64,000 nt of DNA from Bacteroidaceae bacterium (GCA_963619325.1 CAVEVQ010000007.1:12612-76611), one strand, 5' to 3'. Numbered from the stretch's first letter, positions 46,745 through 57,504 are shown. Translations and numbers: made by a program. The notes: generated by a model from the letters alone, not told the origin.

Positions 46745-48346
46745 CTATTTACTTGCATTCCAATATTTCCTAGCCTGTTCAATCGGCAAAACAACTCCAT
46801 CCTTCACCACAATCATATATGCATCAGGATGTTTCTTTTTGACTTCATCCCTTAATCGATAAGCATCTTCCAACGTTTTCTCATTTCCGTACGCATATTG
46901 ATACTTATATTTGCCCGTACCTATAAATTCGCGCACAGGGACAAAACCTTTGAAATCACGGCTGTTGACGTTTTTAGGCTCTGCCATACTACATATCTGA
47001 ACAGCGTAACGGATTCCATCTATATCATCATAATTCGTATTAAACTGACAAGAAACTTCATCCGTGGATGCTGATTTCACACTCTCAGTAGAAATCACCT
47101 TACCTGTTTCACCATGTAGTGCCTTATATTCTGCAGTAGTTGAATTCCAATATTTTCGTGCCTGATCTAACGGAAGTTTGACACCATCCTTTATCACAAC
47201 CATCTGAGCATCTGGATGTTTCTTGCGAACTTCATCACGCATCAAGTTTGCTGTTTCCAATGATTTTTCATTGCCAAATGCATACTGATATTTGTACTTT
47301 CCTTCACCAATAAACTCCCGAACTGGTATGAAGCCCTTAAAATCGCGACTGTTGACATTTTTCGGCTCTGCCATACTGCAAATTTGAACCGCATAGCGAA
47401 TGCCCTCCACATCATCATAATTTGTGTTAAAAACACATTTATCACCCTCGCTTGTCGTTAGCACCGATTTGTTTACATTAGTTTTCTGTTCCTCCTTAGC
47501 AACTACAGCACCATTTTTAGTGTAAGAACTATTGGCATCGCCGCCTCCACTGCGTTTATCAAAGTCTTTTTTATAACGCACAAACGCATCAAAGATCGCC
47601 TTTGCCATTTTCTCAACATTAGCATCCTTGCTTAAAAAAGCTTCTTCTTCTTTATTCGTTATAAATCCCAACTCTATCAAAACAGCTGGTGTCTTTGAAT
47701 ATTTCAAAACATAGAAACCCGCCTGACGGCGACCTCTACTATATCTATCCTCCGAAACAAATTGCTTTTCTACGCCAGAAGCAAATTTCTCACTGTTTTT
47801 CAAATAAGCAGCCTGATAATTCATTTCCATAATAGCCGCCGTGACATCATCTACATCCTCGTATTTCTTTTTGTAATTCGCCTCGTACTTGATAGCGGCA
47901 TTCTCTCGTTCAGAAACGTCAGTTTTAATATCCGCATACGTATAAGTCTCCGTACCTTTTGCAGAACGGCTTTCTGCCGCATTCACATGAATCGATATAA
48001 ATATGCCACGTCCATCTTTAATGTTTTCATTAGCCACCTCAGCACGCCTATCTAACTCCACGAATACATCTTTCTTCCTCGTATAAACGACCTTTACCCC
48101 ATCCTCTTTTTCTAACAGCTTACCTAATTTAAGCACTGTCTTTAGATTAACAGACTTTTCTTGTATTTTGAGGATATGACCAATAGCCCCGGGATCCTTT
48201 CCTCCGTGTCCCGCATCAAGAACAACCACGAAAGTTTTTTCACCAGCAAAAACCGTAGAGAATGACATACAAAATGCTGATAATCCAACTATTAGCAGTT
48301 GAACCACCTTATTGATAAAAAATTTCTTCTCGTAAGAAAAAAACAT
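46745..48346 (-). CDS. N-acetylmuramoyl-L-alanine amidase (Amidase_3) with two C-terminal SPOR-like domains
   Basis: 533 aa with a signal sequence. Amidase_3 zinc motif VVLDAGHGGKDPGAIG ... ISIHVNA. Two tandem 98-aa C-terminal repeats. Confidence 0.88.
   Translation of the reverse strand: MFFSYEKKFFINKVVQLLIVGLSAFCMSFSTVFAGEKTFVVVLDAGHGGKDPGAIGHILKIQEKSVNLKTVLKLGKLLEKEDGVKVVYTRKKDVFVELDRRAEVANENIKDGRGIFISIHVNAAESRSAKGTETYTYADIKTDVSERENAAIKYEANYKKKYEDVDDVTAAIMEMNYQAAYLKNSEKFASGVEKQFVSEDRYSRGRRQAGFYVLKYSKTPAVLIELGFITNKEEEAFLSKDANVEKMAKAIFDAFVRYKKDFDKRSGGGDANSSYTKNGAVVAKEEQKTNVNKSVLTTSEGDKCVFNTNYDDVEGIRYAVQICSMAEPKNVNSRDFKGFIPVREFIGEGKYKYQYAFGNEKSLETANLMRDEVRKKHPDAQMVVIKDGVKLPLDQARKYWNSTTAEYKALHGETGKVISTESVKSASTDEVSCQFNTNYDDIDGIRYAVQICSMAEPKNVNSRDFKGFVPVREFIGTGKYKYQYAYGNEKTLEDAYRLRDEVKKKHPDAYMIVVKDGVVLPIEQARKYWNASK
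46757..47437 (-). repeat. intragenic tandem duplication of a 98-codon SPOR-like module (47144-47437 and 46757-47050)
   Basis: CVFNTNYDDVEGIRYAVQICSMAEPKNVNSRDFKGFIPVREFIGEGKYKYQYAFGNE... aligns with CQFNTNYDDIDGIRYAVQICSMAEPKNVNSRDFKGFVPVREFIGTGKYKYQYAYGNE... 80 of 98 residues are identical by my count. Confidence 0.9.
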
Positions 48347-48395
48347 CTCCTCCTATTTTTAACTGAACGTTGGCAAATTTAGGAAAAATTATTTG

Positions 48396-48403
48396 TAAAT
48401 TTG
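48396..48403 (+). promoter_or_regulatory. candidate -7 promoter element (TAAATTTG) for lptD
   Basis: Exact TAnnTTTG, 26 nt upstream of the TTG start at 48429. Confidence 0.3.
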
Positions 48404-48428
48404 CACCCGAATTAAACCAAAAATAATT

Positions 48429-51092
48429 TTGGATAACTTCTTGATACAAAGGCATTTATACAAAAAATTATCAATTTTCTCACTATTTTTTTTAGTGAGC
48501 ATTTTCTATTTACAAGCGCAAGAAAAGAAAGAAGAGAAAACCGAACGCTATTCCAAGGACGCCATAACAGACATAGTTACCTACTCTGCCAAAGACTCAA
48601 TCGTATTTTATGCAAGTGGGCAGGCCTTCCTTTTTGGAGAAGCAAAAGTGACCTATCAGGACATGGAGCTAACGTCCGATCACATTGTTTTGAACACGGA
48701 CAGCAACCTCGTACATGCAAGAGCAGGAGTAGACTCTGCTGGAACGATGGTAAACAAACCTGTGTTTAAGGATGGTCCAGAGGAATACGAATCTGAAAGC
48801 ATAGACTTTAATTTCAAAACGAGAAAAGGTTTGATTCGCAACGTGGTAACCCAACAAGGAGAAGGCTATGTGACAAGCGAAAAAGCAAAAAAATTAGAAG
48901 ACAACACTTTCCTGATGCGCAACGGAAAGTACACCACCTGCGACAATCACGAACATCCTCACTTCTACCTCAACCTGACCAAGGCGAAAGTGAAACCCAA
49001 AGAATACATTGTCGCCGGACCAGCCTACCTTGTAATTGAAGACGTGCCACTTCCATTAGTATTACCCTTTGGTTTTTTCCCATTCACATCAAAATATTCA
49101 TCAGGTATTTTAATGCCTACATTCGGAGAGGAGTCTAGTCGTGGATTTTATCTTCGAAACGGAGGTTATTATTTAGCCATCAATGAATATTTTGACATGG
49201 CATTGCGTGGCGACATATACACAAACGGTTCATGGGCTGCGAATGCAAACGTTCGCTATAAAAAACGATATAAGTTTAACGGAAATCTTTATTTTGGCTA
49301 CCAGTCTACCGTAACAAGCGATAAGACATTGCCAGACTACACACAGACCAACGATTTGAAGATTATTTGGACGCACTCACAGGATGCGAAAGCCAACCCT
49401 TTCAGCACGTTCTCTGCGTCCGTCAATTATACTTCTACCTCTTATAACAAGAATAACGTCAACTCTTATTACAATCCATCAACCTATGGCGAAAACAACA
49501 AATCGTCAAGTATCAACTACACTTATAAGTTTCCAGAATCGCCTTTCTCTCTGACAACCAACTTCACGTTGAACCAAAGGCAAAGCGACTCCACCATCTC
49601 ATTGAAGTTTCCCACCATCAACCTCAATATGTCGCGTGTCTACCCATTCAAACGCAAAGAGAAGGTTGGGAAAGACAAATGGTTTGAAAAAATCTACCTC
49701 AACTATGGTTTTAATTTTGACAATTATATCTCTACAAAAACAGATAAATTGTGGGACGCGAACCTTTTAAACGACTGGAACAACGGTATCAAAAACCAAG
49801 TTTCGGCAGGAGCATCCTATACCTTATTTAAATATCTGATTTTCACACCATCCTTGAGTTACAATGAAAAATGGTATTTCAAAAAGGTGAAGCAATACTG
49901 GAATCAGCAGGAACAGAAAGTTGAAAAAATCAACGAGAACGGTTTCTACAGAATCAACGACATGAGCGCAAGTGTGAGCATGAGTACGCAACTATATGGA
50001 TTTTACCAACCCATATTCGGTAAAAAAATTAGCATGATACGCCACGTCGTTCAACCAAGCGCGAGTTTGTCATTCTCTCCAAAGATGGAGAAACCATGGC
50101 CATCATTCCACCAAAACTACTATGACAACTATATCCGTAAGCTACAAGACGGAAGCATGGACACAATTGAGTATAACTATTTCTCTTCCAATTACTATGG
50201 AGGTCCGACAAGTTCGGGAGGAGGCGTACTGAACCTTAGTCTCTCAAACAACTTGGAGATGAAAGTTAACTCAGACAAAGACACCACCGGCTACAAGAAG
50301 ATATCGCTCATTGACAATTTGACATTAAGCACTAGTTACAATCTATTCCATGATGAGGATGAAGCCCCATGGAACGACATCGCAGCTAGCCTACGCTTGA
50401 AAATCACCCCAAAAGTAAACTTGAACGTATCGGCAGGATTTTGTCCTTACACCTATAAATTGGACGAGAGTGGCTCTGTCTACAAATCAAATCTGTCGGA
50501 ATGGGAAAGGAACGGACGATTAGTTAGGCTGACAAACGTGCGTTCTGCGTTCAATTACTCTTTCAATAACAATACGTTCAAGAAAAAGAAAAAAGACGAG
50601 GACAAAGGTATTGAAGATGAAGACGAGTGGGATCCAAGCACAGAGACCCTCGATGACATTGTCAACAAACAAGTTGAACAAAATCAAAGTGAAATGGAAC
50701 AAGATGCGGAAGGATACGAAGACTTTTCTCTGCCATGGAACCTCAACGTCAGCTACTCTATTTCGTACGGCAACTATCAATTCAACAAAGAAACATTAGA
50801 GTACGACCGACGACTTACACAATCGTTGAACTTTTCAGGAAGCATCAATTTCTCAAAGAATTGGAGCTTCACAATTAGCTCCGGCTACGATTTTCTGAAT
50901 CATGAAATGTCGTACACCTCCTGCAGTGTTAGAAGAAATCTACATTGTTGGTCGGCTTCACTTGATTTTATCCCGTTTGGCACGAACCAAGGATTCAATT
51001 TTCACATAGGAGTAACGTCGTCAATGTTACAAGATCTCAAATATGAAAAACGAACGTCTTCAAGTGATTATCCAGTGTGGTACGAAAAATAA
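48429..51092 (+). CDS. lptD: LPS-assembly protein LptD (OstA-like N-terminal domain + large beta-barrel)
   Basis: 887 aa. Signal peptide LSIFSLFFLVSIFYLQAQ, OstA-like N-terminal region, long beta-barrel. Starts with TTG; no in-frame ATG precedes the signal peptide. Confidence 0.8.
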   Translation: MDNFLIQRHLYKKLSIFSLFFLVSIFYLQAQEKKEEKTERYSKDAITDIVTYSAKDSIVFYASGQAFLFGEAKVTYQDMELTSDHIVLNTDSNLVHARAGVDSAGTMVNKPVFKDGPEEYESESIDFNFKTRKGLIRNVVTQQGEGYVTSEKAKKLEDNTFLMRNGKYTTCDNHEHPHFYLNLTKAKVKPKEYIVAGPAYLVIEDVPLPLVLPFGFFPFTSKYSSGILMPTFGEESSRGFYLRNGGYYLAINEYFDMALRGDIYTNGSWAANANVRYKKRYKFNGNLYFGYQSTVTSDKTLPDYTQTNDLKIIWTHSQDAKANPFSTFSASVNYTSTSYNKNNVNSYYNPSTYGENNKSSSINYTYKFPESPFSLTTNFTLNQRQSDSTISLKFPTINLNMSRVYPFKRKEKVGKDKWFEKIYLNYGFNFDNYISTKTDKLWDANLLNDWNNGIKNQVSAGASYTLFKYLIFTPSLSYNEKWYFKKVKQYWNQQEQKVEKINENGFYRINDMSASVSMSTQLYGFYQPIFGKKISMIRHVVQPSASLSFSPKMEKPWPSFHQNYYDNYIRKLQDGSMDTIEYNYFSSNYYGGPTSSGGGVLNLSLSNNLEMKVNSDKDTTGYKKISLIDNLTLSTSYNLFHDEDEAPWNDIAASLRLKITPKVNLNVSAGFCPYTYKLDESGSVYKSNLSEWERNGRLVRLTNVRSAFNYSFNNNTFKKKKKDEDKGIEDEDEWDPSTETLDDIVNKQVEQNQSEMEQDAEGYEDFSLPWNLNVSYSISYGNYQFNKETLEYDRRLTQSLNFSGSINFSKNWSFTISSGYDFLNHEMSYTSCSVRRNLHCWSASLDFIPFGTNQGFNFHIGVTSSMLQDLKYEKRTSSSDYPVWYEK

Positions 51093-51214
51093 CAAACGTG
51101 AATGTAGCCTTATTGTTGCCCAATTAATAACAAACAGAAGATAATCATGTCCTATTTTAACGATATATTAACAAATAAAACATTTTTTCTATTGCATACA
51201 CCAATGAATAAAAA

Positions 51215-51222
51215 TAAATTTG
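51215..51222 (+). promoter_or_regulatory. candidate -7 promoter element (TAAATTTG) for the glycogen synthase gene
   Basis: Exact TAnnTTTG, 35 nt upstream of the ATG at 51257. Embedded in an 11-bp AT-only inverted repeat. Confidence 0.3.
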
Positions 51223-51256
51223 CGATAGTAAATTTATTTTATAACCTGAGATAATT

Positions 51257-52888
51257 ATGTGTATGAAAGGAAGCAAAACCATACCGGACTATGTATTTGA
51301 GATCAGTTGGGAGGTCTGCAATAAAGTTGGCGGCATTTATACAGTTCTGTCAACACAAGCAAAAGCACTAAATAATATCTATGGAGACAACTTGATATAT
51401 GTCGGTCCCGATTTTGAAGGCAGCACCAATATATTCTTCAAAGAGGACAAGAAACTACTCTCTGCATGGGTGGAGTCAGCAAAAAAAGAGAATCTACATA
51501 TAAGAGTAGGACGTTGGTTGATACCAGGCAGTCCTGTTGTTGTGTTGGTAAACCATAGGAAAATGGCAGAAGTTACCAATAGTTTTCTCTACGAGCTATG
51601 GGATCACTTCAAAGTAGACTCAATGCAAGCCTACGGAGACTACAACGAGTCTGTCCTCTTTGGATATGCGACAGCAAAGGTTGTAGAGAGTTACTACACC
51701 CACTTCAAACTAAACGATAAAAAGGTCGTAGCACAATTTCACGAGTGGACAACAGGTTCAGGATTGCTCTACACCAAGATACATCAACTCGGAGTGAGGA
51801 CGCTCTTCACAACGCATGCCACCACAACAGGCCGCTCCATTTGTTTCAATGGTAAAAATCTTTACCAATACTTTGAAAATTACAATGGAGACCAAATGGC
51901 TAAAGAGCTGAATGTAACAGCGAAACATCTCATAGAGAAAAACGCTGCGCTACAAGCCGATTGTTTCACAACAGTGAGCGACATCACAGGGAAAGAGTGT
52001 AAGCAATTGCTGACTAAGCAACCAGACATCATCACACCCAATGGATTTGAGGACGACTTCATTCCGAGAGGTGCTCAGTATACTAAAGCGAGGAAAAATG
52101 CGAAAGCGACCTTGAAAAAAGTGGCAGAAGCCCTTTTGGGATACTCCATATCAGACGATGCCTTGTTCGTTGCGACAAGTGGGCGATACGAGTTCCGCAA
52201 CAAAGGGATAGACCTTTTCCTGAGTTCACTGCAAAAAGTCGCAGAAGACACAAATATCACAAGAGAAATTGTAGCATTTCTACTTGTCCCAGGATGGAAC
52301 TTAGGTCCAAGAAAAGATTTGCAAGCACGTTTGAAAGGCGAAGCAGATGGTACTGTGGCATATAGGAAGAACATCACCCATGAAATTTACAATTACATGG
52401 ATGACTCAATACTTCATACAATGCGCACATTCCACTTTGACAATAACAAAGACCAAAAAGTGAAGGTGATTCTTGTGCCATGCTATTTGAACGGAGACGA
52501 CGGAATCTTCAACAAAAGCTACTATGAGTTGTTGCCGGGGCTTGACTTAACAGTCTTTGCATCCTACTATGAGCCGTGGGGGTACACACCGTTGGAAAGT
52601 GCGGCATTCGGCATTCCGACCATCACGACAGACCTTGCAGGCTTTGGACTTTGGGTGTCAAAAGAAGAAGTTGACGTTACAAACGGAGTGGCAGTGCTGC
52701 ACCGTGATGACAGCAACTACTTAGCCTTAGCCGAAAACATCAAGAAAAACATTGCCACAGTGGCGGCAATGGATAAGAAAGACTACGACAAAGCGAAAAA
52801 GAAAGCGACAGACATTGCTAAGAAATGTTCGTGGAACGATTTCATCAACTACTATCAAGACGCGTTCGAAATAGCGTTGTCAAAATAA
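51257..52888 (+). CDS. glycogen synthase, eukaryote-like GT3 family
   Basis: 543 aa. N-terminal FEISWEVCNKVGGIYTVLSTQA is the GT3 (animal/fungal glycogen synthase) signature rather than the GT5 GlgA KTGGL motif. Confidence 0.85.
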   Translation: MCMKGSKTIPDYVFEISWEVCNKVGGIYTVLSTQAKALNNIYGDNLIYVGPDFEGSTNIFFKEDKKLLSAWVESAKKENLHIRVGRWLIPGSPVVVLVNHRKMAEVTNSFLYELWDHFKVDSMQAYGDYNESVLFGYATAKVVESYYTHFKLNDKKVVAQFHEWTTGSGLLYTKIHQLGVRTLFTTHATTTGRSICFNGKNLYQYFENYNGDQMAKELNVTAKHLIEKNAALQADCFTTVSDITGKECKQLLTKQPDIITPNGFEDDFIPRGAQYTKARKNAKATLKKVAEALLGYSISDDALFVATSGRYEFRNKGIDLFLSSLQKVAEDTNITREIVAFLLVPGWNLGPRKDLQARLKGEADGTVAYRKNITHEIYNYMDDSILHTMRTFHFDNNKDQKVKVILVPCYLNGDDGIFNKSYYELLPGLDLTVFASYYEPWGYTPLESAAFGIPTITTDLAGFGLWVSKEEVDVTNGVAVLHRDDSNYLALAENIKKNIATVAAMDKKDYDKAKKKATDIAKKCSWNDFINYYQDAFEIALSK

Positions 52889-52918
52889 AATCAAAAGATA
52901 CTTCTAAACAGCAAAAAT

Positions 52919-55477
52919 ATGAGTTTAAAGATTAATCAATCAAACTATCCTACATGGAAGGAAGTTACAACTAAAGCCAAAATACCGGCTAAGTTGGAGA
53001 AACTCCAAGAGATTGCATACAATGTGTATTGGTCTTGGGACACGGAAGCAACAGATCTCTTCAAGGAGATTGATGCAGACCTTTGGGAAAAGAGCGGAAA
53101 GAATCCTGTGTTGTTCTTGAACAGCATTGACGCTGAGAAGATGGATTCCGTTCTGAAAAACAAGGAGTTGTTAACCAAGATTGATGGTGTTTATGCTAAC
53201 TTCTCAAACTATGTGAATACGCCTAAAGACCCTAAAAAACCATCTGTTGCTTACTTCTCTATGGAGTATGGTTTGACAGATGTTTTGAAGATCTACTCTG
53301 GAGGTCTCGGAGTATTGGCAGGAGACTACGTAAAGGAGGCTAGCGATTGCAACATCAACATGACAGCAGTCGGATTCCTCTATCGTTATGGATACTTCAC
53401 ACAGACATTGTCAATGGATGGTGATCAGATCGCAAACTACGAGCCTCAGAATTTCAACAACATTCCTGTAACGTTGATAAAAGACGCTAACGGAAACGCA
53501 GACCTTTTGGAGGTTCCATACCACGATCGTATCATCTACGCCAACATCTGGAAAGTAGCGGTAGGACGCGTGAACCTTTACTTGATGGATACGGACATCG
53601 ACAAGAACTCTGAGTTTGACCGTTCAATCACTCACACTTTGTATGGTGGAGATTGGGAGAACCGTTTAAAGCAAGAGTATTTACTCGGCATCGGAGGTAT
53701 CATCATGTTGAAGAAGCTCGGCATCAAGCACGACACATACCACTGCAACGAGGGACACGCCGCATTGATCAATGTGCAACGTTTGAACGACTACATCCAC
53801 GATGAGGGTCTTTCATTCCGCGAGGCATTTGAGGTTGTGCGTTCATCATCACTCTATACAGTACACACACCAGTTCCTGCAGGACACGACAAGTTCGACG
53901 AGGGATTGTTCAGCAAATACATGTGGCACTACGCAGAGAAGCTCGGAATCTCATTTGATGAGCTAATGGATCTTGGACGTGAAAATCCAGGAGACAAGGG
54001 AGAGAAATTCTCTATGAGTGTGTTCGCATGCAATCTTTGCCAAGAAGTAAACGGTGTAAGCTGGTTGCATGGTGAAGTTTCTAAAAAAATGTTCGCTCCT
54101 ATTTGGAAGGGATATTTCTGGGAAGAGTCTCACGTTGGATATGTAACCAATGGTGTCCATATGCCTTCATGGGCAGATCCTGCTTGGAGACAGTTGTATG
54201 AAGCAAACTTCGGAGGAAAATTCTACGGAGACCAGTCTAACGCCAAAATTTGGGAGAAGATTTACAGTGTTCCAGACGAAAAGATTTGGGAGACTCGTAA
54301 ACTTTTGAAGAATAAGTTGATAGACTTCATCCGTGTTAAATACCGCGAGAGCTGGTTGCGCAATCAGGGCGACCCTCAACGTATCTTGTCAATTCTTGAT
54401 AGTATCAACCCAAATGCGTTGACTATCGGATTTGGACGACGTTTCGCGACATACAAACGTGCACACTTGTTGTTCACCGATTTGAAAAGACTTTCAGAGA
54501 TTGTAAACAACCCTAACCGTCCTGTACAATTCATCTTCACAGGTAAAGCACACCCTGCAGATGGCGGAGGTAAAGGATTGATTAAGAGAATCATAGAGAT
54601 ATCAAGACAACCAGAGTTCCTCGGTAAGATTATTTTCTTGGAGAACTACGACATTGCATTGGCTAAGCGTCTAATTTCGGGTGTTGATATTTGGTTGAAC
54701 ACTCCTACTCGTCCGTTAGAAGCATCTGGAACATCAGGAGAGAAAGCCTTGATGAATGGTGTTGTCAATTTCTCAGTAAAAGACGGATGGTGGTATGAAG
54801 GATATCGTGAAGGAGCTGGATGGGCATTAACAGAAAAGCGTACCTACGACTATCAACCACACCAGGATCAGTTGGATGCTGCGACTATCTACAAAACATT
54901 GGAAAACGAGATTGTGCCAATGTATTACGCTACAAACAGCAAGGGTTACTCACCAGAGTGGATTCAGACAATCAAGAACTCTATTGCGCAAATCGCTCCT
55001 AACTACACGATGAAACGTATGTTGGACGACTACATTGAGCGTTTCTATGCTCCATTGGAGAAAAGGAAAGCGTTCGTTACAGCAAACAACTATGCTAAAG
55101 CGAAGGAGATTGCAGCATGGAAGGAGAAAGTTGCTGAAGGATGGGATGGTATTGAGATTGTCTCTGCAGTCGTATCAGACAAGTTGACTAACAACGCTGA
55201 GGTTGGAGACAACTATACTGCGGACGTTGTCGTAGATACAAAGGGTCTCGGAGAGTGCGTAGGTGTTGATTTCGTGTCAATTCAAAAATTAGACAACCAA
55301 GAGAAGCTTGACGAGGCAAAGGAAATGACCCTTGTTAAGGCTGAAGGTTCTAAATTGTACTTCCACTTTGAGGATCGTGTGTCTAGCACTGGTATCTTCA
55401 AATATGCGTTCCGTATGTTCCCTAAGAGCAAAGACTTGGCTCACCGTCAAGACTTCTGCTATGTACGTTGGTTCTAA
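52919..55477 (+). CDS. glgP: alpha-glucan phosphorylase (GT35)
   Basis: 852 aa. Phosphorylase motifs including FTGKAHPAD and [14 protein letters not shown] (PLP-lysine region). Confidence 0.9.
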   Translation: MSLKINQSNYPTWKEVTTKAKIPAKLEKLQEIAYNVYWSWDTEATDLFKEIDADLWEKSGKNPVLFLNSIDAEKMDSVLKNKELLTKIDGVYANFSNYVNTPKDPKKPSVAYFSMEYGLTDVLKIYSGGLGVLAGDYVKEASDCNINMTAVGFLYRYGYFTQTLSMDGDQIANYEPQNFNNIPVTLIKDANGNADLLEVPYHDRIIYANIWKVAVGRVNLYLMDTDIDKNSEFDRSITHTLYGGDWENRLKQEYLLGIGGIIMLKKLGIKHDTYHCNEGHAALINVQRLNDYIHDEGLSFREAFEVVRSSSLYTVHTPVPAGHDKFDEGLFSKYMWHYAEKLGISFDELMDLGRENPGDKGEKFSMSVFACNLCQEVNGVSWLHGEVSKKMFAPIWKGYFWEESHVGYVTNGVHMPSWADPAWRQLYEANFGGKFYGDQSNAKIWEKIYSVPDEKIWETRKLLKNKLIDFIRVKYRESWLRNQGDPQRILSILDSINPNALTIGFGRRFATYKRAHLLFTDLKRLSEIVNNPNRPVQFIFTGKAHPADGGGKGLIKRIIEISRQPEFLGKIIFLENYDIALAKRLISGVDIWLNTPTRPLEASGTSGEKALMNGVVNFSVKDGWWYEGYREGAGWALTEKRTYDYQPHQDQLDAATIYKTLENEIVPMYYATNSKGYSPEWIQTIKNSIAQIAPNYTMKRMLDDYIERFYAPLEKRKAFVTANNYAKAKEIAAWKEKVAEGWDGIEIVSAVVSDKLTNNAEVGDNYTADVVVDTKGLGECVGVDFVSIQKLDNQEKLDEAKEMTLVKAEGSKLYFHFEDRVSSTGIFKYAFRMFPKSKDLAHRQDFCYVRWF

Positions 55478-55490
55478 TTGATAAAACGAT

Positions 55491-55534
55491 AAAAAAGAAG
55501 AGAGCGAGGTAAAATCCTCGTTCTCTTCTTTTTT
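55491..55534. terminator. bidirectional rho-independent terminator after glgP (and 140 nt beyond the convergent methyltransferase gene)
   Basis: 15-bp stem aagaagagagcgagg / cctcgttctcttctt (one G-U pair), 6-nt loop. An A-run lies upstream and a T-run downstream. Confidence 0.8.
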
Positions 55535-55670
55535 ATATCACCACAACGAAACTAACAAGAAACAAATACACAAGTATGTTGAATGGTACTCAAGCAGTTT
55601 CACGAAAAATTGACTTGTTTTCCCTATAATGCCCACGCACCCTACCAATAAATAACGTGAATGTTTTTTT

Positions 55671-56699
55671 TCAACGGTCAGAAGACAAATCAACATACTC
55701 TATTTCGGATCCATACAAAGATACTTCATCAAACTTCATTCTTTCTTTTATGGCCTTGATCGCTAATTCTGACTGATCTATTCCAATCCAATTTCGACCT
55801 AAAGAACTTGCGGCTTGCAATGTCGTCCCAGAACCACTAAAAGGGTCAAGAACCAAACTGTCAACATTTGAAGATGTCTTGATGATTAGTTTTATAAAAT
55901 CAATATTCTTCTCTGTTGGATAAAGTGGATATTGAGGGTCTTTATAGTCCAACCAAATATCCTGAACTCTTTTCCCTTCACTCATATCCGCATACACCTT
56001 CTTCCGGGGATTTCCATTCTCCGACCATTCTATCAATCCTTCAGCATCCCATTGTTCTAAGATCTCTACATCCGTACGCCAATGCCTACCGGGAGGGGGC
56101 AATAATCCTTTAAATTTTTTGGGATTAGCCGTTTCTCCAGGGGCATGAATAGGAACGGTCGTATAGGGTCTACCATTAGAATCTATCTTTTTATACAATT
56201 TTTCAATGTCTTTGGCTGTATAAGGTTCTTTAGGTTCATTCCAAATTGGCTTGTCCGTTTTTGTATAGAAGAGAATCATATCTTTTATGTTTCCATATCC
56301 TATTCTTTTGAAATTCTTGGGATTACATTTGACTCTTGTTATATCATTCCTAAAATTCTCTATGCCAAAAACTTCGTCCATCATCACCTTTACATAATGA
56401 CCAATTTTATAATCCGTGTGAAGGTAAAGGGAACCCCTATCAGAAAGCAGTTCCCTCATAAGCAACAAACGCTCTCTGATATAATTGACGAAGTCCATTC
56501 CCTGCAGTTTGTCGGAGTAAGCAATTTCTCCTTTTGACGAATTACTTATCGTCGAAGCTCTACCATCCGTAATCGTGAAATTACAATTCGTTGCAAACGG
56601 GGGATCTGTATAAATCAAATCTATTTTACCTTTTAATTCTCTTGATTTTAACAAATAATCAAGAGCAAAAATATTATCTCCTTTGATTAGGGTATTCAT
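55671..56699 (-). CDS. type II DNA methyltransferase, beta-class N6-adenine/N4-cytosine family (probably m6A)
   Basis: 342 aa. Motif IV DPPF near the N-terminus (IDLIYTDPPFATN) and motif I near the C-terminus (VLDPFSGSGTTLQAA) give the circularly permuted beta order. 4-nt ATGA overlap with the upstream endonuclease gene. Confidence 0.88.
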   Translation of the reverse strand: MNTLIKGDNIFALDYLLKSRELKGKIDLIYTDPPFATNCNFTITDGRASTISNSSKGEIAYSDKLQGMDFVNYIRERLLLMRELLSDRGSLYLHTDYKIGHYVKVMMDEVFGIENFRNDITRVKCNPKNFKRIGYGNIKDMILFYTKTDKPIWNEPKEPYTAKDIEKLYKKIDSNGRPYTTVPIHAPGETANPKKFKGLLPPPGRHWRTDVEILEQWDAEGLIEWSENGNPRKKVYADMSEGKRVQDIWLDYKDPQYPLYPTEKNIDFIKLIIKTSSNVDSLVLDPFSGSGTTLQAASSLGRNWIGIDQSELAIKAIKERMKFDEVSLYGSEIEYVDLSSDR

Positions 56700-57478
56700 T
56701 TTACATAGTTTAAAAAGGTTGGTAAAAGTAATGCACTCATAATATTCAGATTTTTATGAATCGTTGTAATGTCTTTATACATTTTATTATTTCCTTCTAC
56801 ATACAGAACACCATCTAATACAGCTATTTTTATTGCCTTTGCTGGCGATTCTATTGTTGCTATTGCATCATTATACTGTGCATATTGATGACCTCCAAAA
56901 TCGGTAAGAAACTTTGCCTCACCTATTATATACTTACCAGAAATTCGAGCAATAAAGTCTAAACCTTTATTACGAAAATAATCAAGACGCTCATATGCAA
57001 AATCTTTCATTTCTTTATCGTTTTCACATAAAATTGCATCTTTCCTTGTCCTTGAGAATTCCTCAATATTCATTTTAGGAAATCCAAAATGTTTTCGCTC
57101 TACCCAATATTTGAACATTGGTCCAATCTGTCTATTGCTTTCTTTAGGCTGACTGCATTTCTGAAATATTTCAGATAGATCCATCTCTCTCACTTCAGCA
57201 GCCAATCGCCTTATAGTTTGAGGATTTCTATTTATAGCCTCCCTATCTCTTTTTAAATATGCCACATAACTGTCTTTTATCGGGAAGATTTCTAAATCTA
57301 ACAGGCTATTTATCAAAGCCTTGTCACTCTTTCCATTGTAGGCTTTTTCTACTTTATTCCATAATTCCTTATCAATATCTCTTATACCATTGGGGATAGT
57401 AGGATAAACCTTGAATAAATCATCCAGATACGACCTCTGTTGTGCATACGCAATACTCTGCTCTAAGAAAAAATTCAT
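56696..57478 (-). CDS. putative type II restriction endonuclease (PD-(D/E)xK-like), specificity unknown
   Basis: 260 aa. Candidate catalytic core GLDFIARISGKYIIGEAKFLTD (D ... E-x-K). Translationally coupled to the methyltransferase. Very AT-rich coding sequence. No family recognised by eye. Confidence 0.6.
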   Translation of the reverse strand: MNFFLEQSIAYAQQRSYLDDLFKVYPTIPNGIRDIDKELWNKVEKAYNGKSDKALINSLLDLEIFPIKDSYVAYLKRDREAINRNPQTIRRLAAEVREMDLSEIFQKCSQPKESNRQIGPMFKYWVERKHFGFPKMNIEEFSRTRKDAILCENDKEMKDFAYERLDYFRNKGLDFIARISGKYIIGEAKFLTDFGGHQYAQYNDAIATIESPAKAIKIAVLDGVLYVEGNNKMYKDITTIHKNLNIMSALLLPTFLNYVK

Positions 57479-57496
57479 CTCCTTTATCTATTTCAT

Positions 57497-57504
57497 CAAA
57501 ATTA
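57497..57504 (-). promoter_or_regulatory. candidate -7 promoter element (TAATTTTG on minus strand) for the R-M pair
   Basis: Plus-strand caaaatta is TAnnTTTG on the minus strand, 19 nt upstream of the ATG at 57478 and directly after the clpB terminator U-tract. Confidence 0.35.

Noticed and set aside
51211-51240. 11-bp perfect inverted repeat (aaaataaattt / aaatttatttt) as an operator
   Set aside because: The repeat is AT-only. Such palindromes arise easily in AT-rich intergenic DNA, and a similar 7-1-7 AT palindrome occurs near 32090-32104. It is mentioned only as context for the glycogen promoter.
55610-55630. Sigma70-like TTGACT ... TATAAT pair downstream of the methyltransferase gene
   Set aside because: The spacer is only 9 nt instead of 16-18. 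Bacteroidota primary promoters also use a different consensus.
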